Assembly: GCA_002717225.1 (NCBI GenBank) | Contig: PBDG01000009.1 | Location: 76,563 to 140,562 of the forward strand | DNA from: Rhodospirillaceae bacterium | GTDB lineage: Bacteria > Pseudomonadota > Alphaproteobacteria > UBA828 | Direction of reading: 5' to 3' | DNA length: 64,000 bases | Shown: piece by piece, positions 8,784-18,197 of the stretch | Numbering within the stretch: the first letter of the stretch is position 1 | Layout: each line of letters opens with the position of its first letter | Notes under the pieces: model-generated | Database searches by the model: none | What the model was told of the DNA's origin: nothing | What the model saw: only the letters and a program-made list of their open reading frames with translations | Translations under genes and position numbers: made by a program

Positions 8784-11116
8784 TGGCAATTAATAAGGTC
8801 GCCGTTATCGGCGCTGGGTTGATGGGCGGCGGCATTGCTGCCCATGTCGCCAATGCAGGCACCGACGTGATCCTATTGGACATCGTGCCCGAGGGCGCAA
8901 AAAAGCGGAGCCAACTAGCGCTCGATTCAGTTGAGAGACTGCTGAAGACTGAGCCCGCCCCTTTTATGGACAAAAAAAACGCCAAACGCATTGCCTGCGG
9001 TAATATCGAGGACGATCTCAAGCTACTTGCTGACGCCGACTGGATCATTGAGGCGGTGATCGAAAAACTCGAGATCAAGCACGAAATCTATCGCTTGATC
9101 AACAAGGTGCGGAAACCTGGCAGCATCGTGTCCTCCAATACCTCGACGATCCCCTGCAGCGACTTAATGCGAGGCATGGACGAAAGCTTTCAACGCGATT
9201 TTCTCATCACCCATTTCTTCAATCCGCCACGCTATATGCGTTTGCTTGAAATTGTCAAAGGCGAGAAGACAAGCGATGATGCTGTCTACACGGTCAGCGA
9301 ATTCTCAGACATGAATCTGGGCAAAGGCGTAGTCGCCTGCAAGGACACACCAGGCTTTATAGCCAACCGTATTGGCACCTTTTGGATTCAAGCAGCCGTA
9401 GTGGAAGCATTTAAAGGGACGGTGACTATAGAAGAGGCAGATGCCGCCATCGGCCGCGCTCTTGGCATCCCAAAGACGGGAATTTTTGGCTTGATGGATT
9501 TGGTCGGCATCGACCTTATGCCTCTTGTTGGCAAGAGCCTCTATGACGCAGTACCCATGGACGACGCCTACCGGGCGATATATAGCGAGCCCGAGCAGAT
9601 TAAGAGCATGATTGCCGAGGGCTTGATCGGGCGCAAAGGTAAAGGCGGCTTCTATCGCCTCAACAACGAGGATGGCAAAAAGACCAAGCAAGTTATCGAC
9701 CTGGCAACGGGCGCGTATTCGACGGCTCAGCGCCCGACACCGGCAAGTGTCCGTGCCGCCGGCAAATCGCCACGCGCACTTTTCGAACATGGAGACGCGG
9801 TGAGCGATTTTGCCTGGCAGGTGATGTCTCAGACCCTCGTCTACGCGACCGAACTGATTCCCGAAATCGCTCAAGACGTTGTCGCCGTCGACAAAGCCAT
9901 GACCCTTGGCTATGCCTGGAAGCATGGTCCTTTCGAATTAATTGATCGGATCGGCGCGAGCTGGTTTACCGAACGCTTAAAAACTGAAGGTCGCAATATA
10001 CCTGCACTCCTTGCCAGTGCCGCCGAGAAAGGTGGGTTCTATCGGGTAGAAGGAGGGCGGCTTCAATATCTTTCGACCGACGACGAATACGTCACCGTCA
10101 AACGTGCTCCCGGCATCTTACTACTTTCCGACATCAAGCGCGCCGGTGAGCCAATTACACGCAACGGCTCAGCTTCTCTTTGGGATATAGGCAGTGGCGT
10201 CGCTTGCCTCGAATTTCACACTAAGATGAACGCAATCGACCCCGACGTACTCAACATGCTCAGCAAGTCGGTCGAGATCGTCAGCAGGGATTACAAGGCC
10301 TTAGTGCTACACAATGAGGGCACTAACTATTCGGTCGGCGTCAATCTCGGCCTAGCGCTGTTCGCTGCCAATGTAGCCGCTTGGCAGGTGATGGAAGATA
10401 TGATCAAAAGAGGACAGGACGTATTCAAGGAGCTAAAGTTTGCGCCCTTTCCGGTGGTTGGCGCACCCTCCGGTATGGCCTTGGGCGGTGGCTGCGAATC
10501 CCTTCTTCATTGCGACGCGGTGCAAGCCCATGCCGAAAGTTATATCGGCTTGGTAGAGGTCGGCGTCGGCCTCATTCCTGGTTGGGGCGGTTGCAAGGAA
10601 TTGCTGGTGCGCGGACTCACTGGCAAACGCGGTGGAATATTTGGGGGCGGTGCCATGCCGGTGATCTCCAAACTCTTTCAAACTATCGGCTTGGCGAAAG
10701 TGTCGCGTTCTGCGGCCCAGGCCTTTGGTTATGGCTATTTACGCGAAGGAGATCGCATCACTTTCAATCGGGATCGGCTTTTGGCCGATGCCAGGGACTA
10801 TGCACTGGAGCTCGCGGAAAACTATCAGACCCCCGAGCCGCAAGAGATCAAACTGCCTGGAAATTCGGCCCGCGTCGCGCTGATGATGGCGGTGCGGGGC
10901 CTTGCCAAGACGCGCAAGGCGACACCACACGATCTCACTGTGGTCGAACAACTTGGTATCGTGCTTACAGGTGGCAAAACCGATACCACAGAAGCGTTGT
11001 GCGAGGACGATATCTCCGCTCTCGAACGAAAAGCGCTAGCGACGCTGGCGAAGAATCCACTCACCCTAGCGCGCATGGAACATATGCTGGAAACCGGAAA
11101 GCCGCTCCGGAACTAG
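8783..11116 (+). CDS. 3-hydroxyacyl-CoA dehydrogenase / enoyl-CoA hydratase fusion (FadN-like, dehydrogenase first)
   Basis: GAGLMGGG, SNTS, HFFNPPRY, PGFIANR; C-terminal crotonase domain ALGGGCE; ATG overlaps thiolase stop. Confidence 0.92.
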   Translation: MAINKVAVIGAGLMGGGIAAHVANAGTDVILLDIVPEGAKKRSQLALDSVERLLKTEPAPFMDKKNAKRIACGNIEDDLKLLADADWIIEAVIEKLEIKHEIYRLINKVRKPGSIVSSNTSTIPCSDLMRGMDESFQRDFLITHFFNPPRYMRLLEIVKGEKTSDDAVYTVSEFSDMNLGKGVVACKDTPGFIANRIGTFWIQAAVVEAFKGTVTIEEADAAIGRALGIPKTGIFGLMDLVGIDLMPLVGKSLYDAVPMDDAYRAIYSEPEQIKSMIAEGLIGRKGKGGFYRLNNEDGKKTKQVIDLATGAYSTAQRPTPASVRAAGKSPRALFEHGDAVSDFAWQVMSQTLVYATELIPEIAQDVVAVDKAMTLGYAWKHGPFELIDRIGASWFTERLKTEGRNIPALLASAAEKGGFYRVEGGRLQYLSTDDEYVTVKRAPGILLLSDIKRAGEPITRNGSASLWDIGSGVACLEFHTKMNAIDPDVLNMLSKSVEIVSRDYKALVLHNEGTNYSVGVNLGLALFAANVAAWQVMEDMIKRGQDVFKELKFAPFPVVGAPSGMALGGGCESLLHCDAVQAHAESYIGLVEVGVGLIPGWGGCKELLVRGLTGKRGGIFGGGAMPVISKLFQTIGLAKVSRSAAQAFGYGYLREGDRITFNRDRLLADARDYALELAENYQTPEPQEIKLPGNSARVALMMAVRGLAKTRKATPHDLTVVEQLGIVLTGGKTDTTEALCEDDISALERKALATLAKNPLTLARMEHMLETGKPLRN

Positions 11117-11134
11117 ACAGTAGGAGAAAGAGAT

Positions 11135-12934
11135 ATGCAAATTTACAAAGCTCCCCTACGTGACATGCGCTTCGTCCTCCACGAATTACTGGACGCGAAA
11201 CAATTGAGCAAACTACCCGGCTACGAGGAAGCTACTGCTGATACCATCGATACCATCATCGAAGAGGGAGCAAAGTTCTGCCAGGACAAGCTTCTCCCGC
11301 TGAACCGCGTTGGCGATGAGGAAGGCTGTACCTATGAAAATGGCGTGGTACGTACGCCACCGGGTTTCAAACAGGCTTATAACGATTTTGTCGGTGCCGG
11401 TTGGCAGTCGATTTCTTCCGATCCGAACTATGGTGGTCAGGGCCTACCCGCACTGATGAATTTTGTGATCGAAGAGATGGTGTGTTCGACCAATATTGCC
11501 TTTGGGGTCTATCCGCTGTTGTCGCGCGGCGCTGCGTCCTTGATTGAGCGCCATGGCAGCGATGACATCAAGGAAACCTATCTGCCTCACCTTGCCGACG
11601 GCTCGTGGAGCGGCACCATGTGCCTAACGGAGAGCCAGTGCGGCACCGATCTCGGTCTCATCCGCACCAAGGCGGTGCCGGCTGGCAACGGAAAATATTC
11701 CATCAGTGGCAGCAAAATCTTTATTTCTGCCGGCGAACACGATTTGTCGGAGAATATTATCCATCTGGTGCTTGCCAAACTACCCGATGCGCCGGAAGGC
11801 GTGCGCGGAATTTCGCTTTTCCTAGTGCCTAAATTGAGCGTCAACGGCCGAGGCACGGCAGCTGAGGTCGGCTCACGGAACGGCGTGGCCTGTGGGTCGA
11901 TAGAGAAGAAGATGGGCATACACGGCTCAGCGACCTGCGTGATCAATTTCGACGAGGCCGAGGGTTATCTCATTGGCGATCCTCACAAAGGTCTGCGCTG
12001 CATGTTCACCATGATGAACGGCGCACGCCTCGGTGTCGGCATGCAGGGCCTGGCGCTCGGTGAGACGGCCTATCAGTCCGCCACCGCTTATGCCAAGGAA
12101 CGTCGCTCGGGCAAGAGCCTAACTAAGGGCACCAAGAGCGCCGATGTCGCGGATCCAATTATTGTCCACCCCGACGTGCGCAATATGTTGCTGACCGCGC
12201 GCGCCTATAACGAAGGCGCACGCGCGCTAGCCTATTGGACGGCGCTGCAGCTCGACCTCTCGACACACCACCCGGACGCCGAAACACGGCGCGATGCTGA
12301 CGAAATCGTGCAGCTAATGACGCCAGTCATCAAGGCGTTCCTCACCGACCGAGGTTTCGAGGCAGCCAATCTAGCCGTTCAGGTACATGGCGGACACGGC
12401 TATATCTCAGAGCACGGGATAGAGCAGCTCGTGCGCGATGCACGCATCGCCCAGCTCTATGAAGGCACCAACGGCATCCAAGCACTCGACTTGGTAGGTC
12501 GCAAACTCAGCCTCCATACAGGGCGACTCTTGCGCCATTTTTTTCATCCGGCGACGGAATTTGTCGAAACAAATCAAGAAACCGAAGAGCTCAAGGATTT
12601 AGTCCTGCCACTTGCCAAGGCTCTTGAAAAACTGCAGCAGGCGACTCTCGTGATTGCACAGAAGGGCCTCGGTGATCCGGAGGAAGCGGCCGCGGTGGCA
12701 ACAGATTATCTCAAAATGTTTGGTCTTGTTGCGGTTGGCTACATGTGGCTGCTAATGGCAGAAAAAGCCGTTGCCAAGGCTGCAGACGCTAATGGTGATG
12801 CCCGCTTCTACGCCAACAAGCTGAAAACCGCGCAGTTCTATATGCATAAGCTGCTACCGGATGCGTCAGCAGCTTTTCTCAGAATAATGACCGGCAAATA
12901 CGCGGCCGCTCAATTTAACGAGGAAGACTTCTAG
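11135..12934 (+). CDS. acyl-CoA dehydrogenase (long, ~600 aa type)
   Basis: MCLTESQCGTDL, KIFISAG, KMGIHGS, GGHGY, YEGTNGIQA. Confidence 0.93.
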   Translation: MQIYKAPLRDMRFVLHELLDAKQLSKLPGYEEATADTIDTIIEEGAKFCQDKLLPLNRVGDEEGCTYENGVVRTPPGFKQAYNDFVGAGWQSISSDPNYGGQGLPALMNFVIEEMVCSTNIAFGVYPLLSRGAASLIERHGSDDIKETYLPHLADGSWSGTMCLTESQCGTDLGLIRTKAVPAGNGKYSISGSKIFISAGEHDLSENIIHLVLAKLPDAPEGVRGISLFLVPKLSVNGRGTAAEVGSRNGVACGSIEKKMGIHGSATCVINFDEAEGYLIGDPHKGLRCMFTMMNGARLGVGMQGLALGETAYQSATAYAKERRSGKSLTKGTKSADVADPIIVHPDVRNMLLTARAYNEGARALAYWTALQLDLSTHHPDAETRRDADEIVQLMTPVIKAFLTDRGFEAANLAVQVHGGHGYISEHGIEQLVRDARIAQLYEGTNGIQALDLVGRKLSLHTGRLLRHFFHPATEFVETNQETEELKDLVLPLAKALEKLQQATLVIAQKGLGDPEEAAAVATDYLKMFGLVAVGYMWLLMAEKAVAKAADANGDARFYANKLKTAQFYMHKLLPDASAAFLRIMTGKYAAAQFNEEDF

Positions 12935-12953
12935 AGAGCCGAAAGTACAGGCG

Positions 12954-13766
12954 ATGGCCTTCGGCAAGACCCCGGTTGAGAGCATTGATGCGCTGGCAGC
13001 GAGAGTCCATGACGGCGCAATGATCGCTGTCCCACCCGATTATTCCTTCGTCGCCATGGCGGCGACACGCGCCCTCATCCGCCGCGGCGCCCGCGATCTT
13101 CATATTCTCGCCGTACCACAAAGTGGCATCCAAGCAGATCTGCTGATCGGTGCCGGCTGCGTCACCATTATGGAGACAGCGGCAGTCAGCCTCGGTGAGC
13201 TCGGCGCGGCACCGCAATTCACTGCCGCCGTCAAGTCCAGCAGGATCGAAATCCGTGATTCAACCTGCCCGGCGATTCATGCCGGCCTTCAGGCAAGTGA
13301 AAAGGGCTTGCCCTTCATGCCACTGCGCGGCCTTATTGGGAGTGATTTGATGCGCATACGCGGTGATTGGAAGGAGAGCGAGAACCCCTTTGAGGAGGGT
13401 GACCGCATTGTCGTGCTGCCCGCCCTCAAACCAGATTTTGCACTCTTTCATTCACCTTTTGCTGATCGCAACGGCAATATCTGGCTCGGACGGCGGCGCG
13501 AGCTCGTCACCATGGCCCATGCCGCGAAAGGCGCTCTAGTGACGGTCGAGGAAATTCGCGATATCGACATCATGGAAGATGAAGCCTTGGCCGGGGGCTC
13601 CTTGCCGGCGCTTTACGTTACCGCCATCGCTGAAGCACCGAAAGGCGCCTGGCCGCTTGGCGTAGCTGGTCAATATGAACCGGACCGGGAACATCTTGCC
13701 AATTATGCTAAGAAGGCCACAGACGCCGATGGTTTTCAGGATTATCTCGCTGAGCACGGCGCATGA
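12954..13766 (+). CDS. CoA-transferase family subunit A (GctA/PcaI-like)
   Basis: DLLIGAGCV, LPFMPLRG, ENPF..G...LPALKPD and ADRNGN motifs. Confidence 0.8.
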   Translation: MAFGKTPVESIDALAARVHDGAMIAVPPDYSFVAMAATRALIRRGARDLHILAVPQSGIQADLLIGAGCVTIMETAAVSLGELGAAPQFTAAVKSSRIEIRDSTCPAIHAGLQASEKGLPFMPLRGLIGSDLMRIRGDWKESENPFEEGDRIVVLPALKPDFALFHSPFADRNGNIWLGRRRELVTMAHAAKGALVTVEEIRDIDIMEDEALAGGSLPALYVTAIAEAPKGAWPLGVAGQYEPDREHLANYAKKATDADGFQDYLAEHGA

Positions 13767-14500
13767 ACGCGCCGAAATACACAAAGACCGAGCTCCTTAT
13801 TGAAGTGATCGCCCGCATGTTGGACGGACTCAACCATGTCGCAGTCGGGGCATCTTCGCCAATCCCAGGTGCTGCGGCACTACTTGCCCGGGCGCGCTCG
13901 GGCGGCACACCCCGTGTTAGCGTGCTTTCCAGCCTACGCCATAATGATTTTACCGACGGCGCGCGCGAACTGTTCGATTGCGCAGCCCAGGGGAGAATCG
14001 ACGCCTTCTTTCTCGGTGGCGGTCAGATTGACGGCGAGGCCAATGTCAATCTAGTCGGTCTCGGCGATTACCCAAAACTTAATGTGCGCTTCGCAGGCTC
14101 ATATGGTTCGGCCTATCTATATTTCCTCGTGCCACGGGTAATTCTATTTCGCCCAGAGCATAGCCGCCGGGTAATGGTCTCAAAGGTCGATTTCATTTCC
14201 GCACCGGGCACCAGCCCGCCGGGCCTTTACCGGCCCGGCGGGCCATATGCCCTGGTGACCGAACGCTGCATCTTCTCCTTCAACAAAGAAGCGTGCCGTT
14301 TCTGCTTACAATCCATCCATGAAGGCGAAACGGTGGAAAGCATCCGTAAAAACACTGGCTTCGATTTTGACTGCCCACCGCAAACACTGCAAACACCACC
14401 ACCTTCGGCTACGGCCCTCGAGTTGATCCGCGGTGATGTAGGTATCAACATCGCTGAGGTCTATCCCAAATTCGCCCGCGAGTTTTTATCTCTCAGTTGA
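13763..14500 (+). CDS. CoA-transferase family subunit B (GctB-like, atypical)
   Basis: FFLGGGQID...NL, RFAGSYGS, KVDFIS, NTGF; ATGA overlap with subunit A. Confidence 0.78.
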   Translation: MNAPKYTKTELLIEVIARMLDGLNHVAVGASSPIPGAAALLARARSGGTPRVSVLSSLRHNDFTDGARELFDCAAQGRIDAFFLGGGQIDGEANVNLVGLGDYPKLNVRFAGSYGSAYLYFLVPRVILFRPEHSRRVMVSKVDFISAPGTSPPGLYRPGGPYALVTERCIFSFNKEACRFCLQSIHEGETVESIRKNTGFDFDCPPQTLQTPPPSATALELIRGDVGINIAEVYPKFAREFLSLS

Positions 14501-16381
14501 AGGCTCTGCTACCGTAAATGCCTCCAGCGCTTCCTCAGCCTTGAGCCAATCCGCCTCGGCCTGGGAGATCGCCTGTTGCGCTGCATTCAGCTTGCGACCC
14601 AACTCGGCGAGGCGTTCGGGCGCGCATCCGTAAAGACTGCTGTCCACCATCTTGACCTCGATCTTGGCTTTCTCACGTTCGGCTTCAAGGAGGCGGTGCT
14701 CGGCACTCTCAGCGGCGCGCTTGAGCGGCGCGCGCTTGGCCCGCGCGGCGGCAGCATCGCGGCGCTGGGACTTGCCCTTCGCAAGTTTTTCTTGCGCTGG
14801 CTTCTTCTCAATGCTGGCTCCATTGCCGAGCACGAGGCGGCGATAATCGTCGAGATCTCCGTCATAAGAGCGTACGGTGCCATCGGCCACCAACCACAGC
14901 TGCTCTGCCGTCAACTCCAGAAAGTTCCAATCATGGCTAATAACCACCACCGCACCGGAGAACCCGTTTAGCACCTCAACCAACATGTCTCGGGTCTCCA
15001 TATCGAGATGATTGGTCGGTTCATCGAGCACAAGAATTTGTGGTGCGCCATGACTGATCATCGCAAGATTCAGTCGTGCCTTCTCACCGCCCGACAAGTT
15101 TTTCGCCACGATGTCCGCCTTTTCTCCACTAAACCCAAAGGCTCCGAGACGTGTCCGCACTTTGTTTGGGTCAGCCTTAACCATCAGGCGGGAAAGCTGC
15201 TGAAAGGCGCTTTCGCCAGCATCCAGCGTGTCGATCTGATGCTGGGCGAAATAGCCAACAGAAAGCTTGGGTGCACAGTGCATCTCGCCCGCCAACGGTA
15301 TAAGCTTGCCGGCAAGTAGCTTGGCAAAGGTTGTCTTGCCATTGCCGTTGGCACCCAAAAGGGCGATGCGATCGTCCGGGTCGAGGCGGATATCAAGCCC
15401 CTTCAAGACAGGTTTGCCAACAGCATATCCGGCCTGAACGCCCGAGAGGGTGATGAGCGGCGGGGCGAGCATTTCCGGTCTGGGAAAATCAATCTCAATA
15501 CCGGCGGATTCAATCGCGGGCGGTGTATCGTTCAAGCGAGCTAATGCTTTGAGGCGACTCTGCGCCTGGCGCGCCTTGCTGGCATTATAGCGAAAACGCG
15601 CGACAAAGCCTTGGAGCTTACGACGCTTGACCTCCGCACGAGCAAGGGCAGCAACTTCAGCCGACCGACGCTCGGCATATACCCTGGCAAAATTATCATA
15701 ACCGCCGGGATAGAGTGTCAATGAGCGGTTTGATAAATGCAAGATACCATCAGGTACAGAATTGAGAATATGGCGATCATGGCTGATCAATAGCAAGGTG
15801 TGAGGATAGTGACGTAGATGATTCTCCAACCACATAGTGGCTTCGAGATCGAGATGATTGGTTGGCTCGTCAAGAAGCAGCAAATCCGCTTCGGCAAAAA
15901 GTGCAGCAGCAAGCGAGACGCGCATCCGCCAACCACCGGAGAAATTGGACATTGGTTGGTGTTGCTCGGCTTCTACAAAGCCGAGTCCGGCAAGAATCGC
16001 AGCCGCACGTGCAGGAGCCGCATGGGCGCCAATCTCGTGCAGCCGGTTCTCGATTTCGGCTATGCGGTGGGCACTCTTAGTCTCCCCGATCTCGGTTATA
16101 AGAGCATGGCGCTCTGCATGAGCGATCAGTACTGTCTCAATCGGGGTCAAGGAGCCTCCTGAGACCTCCTGGGCAACGCTTGCCACCGTCACGCTCTTGG
16201 CCAACGCTAGAGTGCCAGCATCGGGCTCGATCAATCCGGAGATCAGTCGCAACAGAGTTGTTTTGCCGCTACCATTGCGCCCGACCAGGCCAATGCGCCG
16301 GCCACGCGCGATGCTTGCTGAAGCGTTTTCTAACAACGCCTTCCCACCGATTCGGTATGTGAGTGAGGAAATTGTCAACAT
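14486..16381 (-). CDS. ABC-F family ATP-binding protein (YheS-like)
   Basis: Two NBDs (GRNGSGKT, GANGNGKT), FSGGWRMR, LDEPTNHLD twice, no TMD, coiled-coil C-terminus. Confidence 0.92.
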   Translation of the reverse strand: MLTISSLTYRIGGKALLENASASIARGRRIGLVGRNGSGKTTLLRLISGLIEPDAGTLALAKSVTVASVAQEVSGGSLTPIETVLIAHAERHALITEIGETKSAHRIAEIENRLHEIGAHAAPARAAAILAGLGFVEAEQHQPMSNFSGGWRMRVSLAAALFAEADLLLLDEPTNHLDLEATMWLENHLRHYPHTLLLISHDRHILNSVPDGILHLSNRSLTLYPGGYDNFARVYAERRSAEVAALARAEVKRRKLQGFVARFRYNASKARQAQSRLKALARLNDTPPAIESAGIEIDFPRPEMLAPPLITLSGVQAGYAVGKPVLKGLDIRLDPDDRIALLGANGNGKTTFAKLLAGKLIPLAGEMHCAPKLSVGYFAQHQIDTLDAGESAFQQLSRLMVKADPNKVRTRLGAFGFSGEKADIVAKNLSGGEKARLNLAMISHGAPQILVLDEPTNHLDMETRDMLVEVLNGFSGAVVVISHDWNFLELTAEQLWLVADGTVRSYDGDLDDYRRLVLGNGASIEKKPAQEKLAKGKSQRRDAAAARAKRAPLKRAAESAEHRLLEAEREKAKIEVKMVDSSLYGCAPERLAELGRKLNAAQQAISQAEADWLKAEEALEAFTVAEPSTER

Positions 16382-16562
16382 AGCTTGCCAGTCAAGCTCA
16401 TAACATGCGGAGGGTAGGCAAGGATATATCGGATCATGATGTCCTTTACATCAGGTGCGTAGAGAAGATTTACGCGGCCTCGTGGATAGCTGAGGCGATT
16501 CCGACAGTCCGTGATTTACTCTATGGCCATGGCAGTACAAATCACGCACACTTCCCACATTC

Positions 16563-17321
16563 ATGCCAGTTCTCCAACCAGCCAAATCTACCCACATTCT
16601 TGACCTGCCAGGTGGCAGAGAGGTCTTGCTCAACCTTCGGCGGAGCGCGAAGGCCCGGCATATATTGATCAAGATTAATGACGCAAATGGCAAGGTAGAG
16701 TTGGTCTTGCCAAGGCGTGCGGCGATCCGTGACGGCCTCACTTTCGCCAATGAGCGGGCGGGCTGGATAGAGAAACAGCTCAGTGCTCTGCCGGCGCCTG
16801 TTCCGTTCCAAGCCGGCACAGTGCTGCAGCTGATGGGCGAGCCACTTCTGTTGGCACGCCGACAAGGCGGCGCCAAACGCTTGCGGCGGATAGGTGGCCT
16901 GCTTGAGGTGCCGGGCGAAGATGCGCAATTTGCGGGGCACGTCCAATGCTGGCTGGTGGCGGAGGCTCGGCGCGAAATCGGCGAACGTGCAGAATCACTT
17001 GCAGCGAGAATTGGCCGCCCAGTCCACCACGTCGCCATCCGCGACACGGCAACGCGCTGGGGAAGCTGCTCGGCAGCAGGTAATTTGTCTTTTTCCTGGC
17101 GGCTAATTCTTGCGCCGCCCCGCGTACTAAATTATGTCGTGGCACACGAGGTGGCTCATCTCAACGAAATGAACCATAGCGCGAGTTTTTGGCACCTGGT
17201 CACAGAACTAGTGGGTGACCCGAGTTGCGAGCGTCTTTGGCTCCGACGGAACGGCAGTCAGCTTAAACGCTATGGACGGCAAGACCCGAGACTTGTTCCT
17301 CAACCATGCTCAACTCCTTGA
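16563..17321 (+). CDS. YgjP/DUF45-like metal-dependent hydrolase (M48/SprT-like)
   Basis: RWGSCS, FSWRL, YVVAHEVAHL (HExxH), NHS..FW. Confidence 0.88.
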   Translation: MPVLQPAKSTHILDLPGGREVLLNLRRSAKARHILIKINDANGKVELVLPRRAAIRDGLTFANERAGWIEKQLSALPAPVPFQAGTVLQLMGEPLLLARRQGGAKRLRRIGGLLEVPGEDAQFAGHVQCWLVAEARREIGERAESLAARIGRPVHHVAIRDTATRWGSCSAAGNLSFSWRLILAPPRVLNYVVAHEVAHLNEMNHSASFWHLVTELVGDPSCERLWLRRNGSQLKRYGRQDPRLVPQPCSTP

Positions 17322-17477
17322 AATGGTGACGTTACCCAGCGCCACCCGTCGAAAATTGTCCCCAAATTATAATTCCGTGCACCATTTCATAGTTTTTGGG
17401 GTGCATCGAATTCGTTGCATGAACACATTTGTCGAAAAACGAATGTAGATTTCCCTACCACAGCAATAATTTATCAT

Positions 17478-17502
17478 TGAATAAATTAGTAAATATTTAC
17501 TA
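17478..17502. promoter_or_regulatory. operator candidate upstream of tetR
   Basis: Perfect palindrome TAGTAAATATTTACTA (17487-17502), overlapping a TGAATA-N7-AAATATTTA site similar to 5812-5833. Confidence 0.55.
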
Positions 17503-17510
17503 TACAAATC

Positions 17511-18134
17511 ATGATGGACAAAACACCTAGTGAATTATCGGGCGATACCCAGGCGCAAATTCTGGACGCTGCGACGGAACGCTTCCGCCATTATGGATAT
17601 AGCAAGACCACTATGGCGGAGGTCGCCGGCGATTGCGGAATGTCAGCCGGCAACATCTACCGATATTTCGAAAGTAAATCGGATATCGGCGCAGCCGTGA
17701 GCATTGCTTGGTTCGAGGCACTTCATCATACCGTGCGCTCAGCGATCTCCCAGCCAGGTCTCAATCCCAGGCAAAAACTCGAAGCATATGTCCTTACAAT
17801 CAACCGCTTCACCGTCGAAAGTCTCCAAAACACGCCGCATATCCAGGAGATGGTGGACTTTCTCTGCGAAGAGCGGCGCGATCTTGTCGAAGGCCATCTC
17901 GATTCTTGCCATGAAATCGTCGCTGGCATTCTCTTAGAAGGAGTTAAGTGTGGCACCTTTGAGATCCCGGATACCGCCACTGCCGCCCGCGCCGTTCTCA
18001 ATGCCACTGTTCGTTTCGAATATCCCCCTCTGCTTGCACTGAGTGGGGATACCGACTACGAGGCAGAAGCGCGCGCCCTGATCGCCTTGATCGTCGACGG
18101 CCTGCGTGGCCAACCGGTGGAAACCACAACTTGA
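17511..18134 (+). CDS. TetR/AcrR family transcriptional regulator
   Basis: ILDAATERFRHYGYSKTTMAEVA..GNIYRYFESK HTH. Confidence 0.93.
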   Translation: MMDKTPSELSGDTQAQILDAATERFRHYGYSKTTMAEVAGDCGMSAGNIYRYFESKSDIGAAVSIAWFEALHHTVRSAISQPGLNPRQKLEAYVLTINRFTVESLQNTPHIQEMVDFLCEERRDLVEGHLDSCHEIVAGILLEGVKCGTFEIPDTATAARAVLNATVRFEYPPLLALSGDTDYEAEARALIALIVDGLRGQPVETTT

Positions 18135-18197
18135 GTTTCACCGGACAGTGCATCAACAAAAAATAATGAATTTCAATAAACAAGTACGCGCTTCCGC

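Noticed and set aside
10381..11163. 260-aa alternative-frame ORF inside the FadN-like gene
   Set aside because: Arg-rich off-frame composition; the main frame is intact, so no frameshift is needed.
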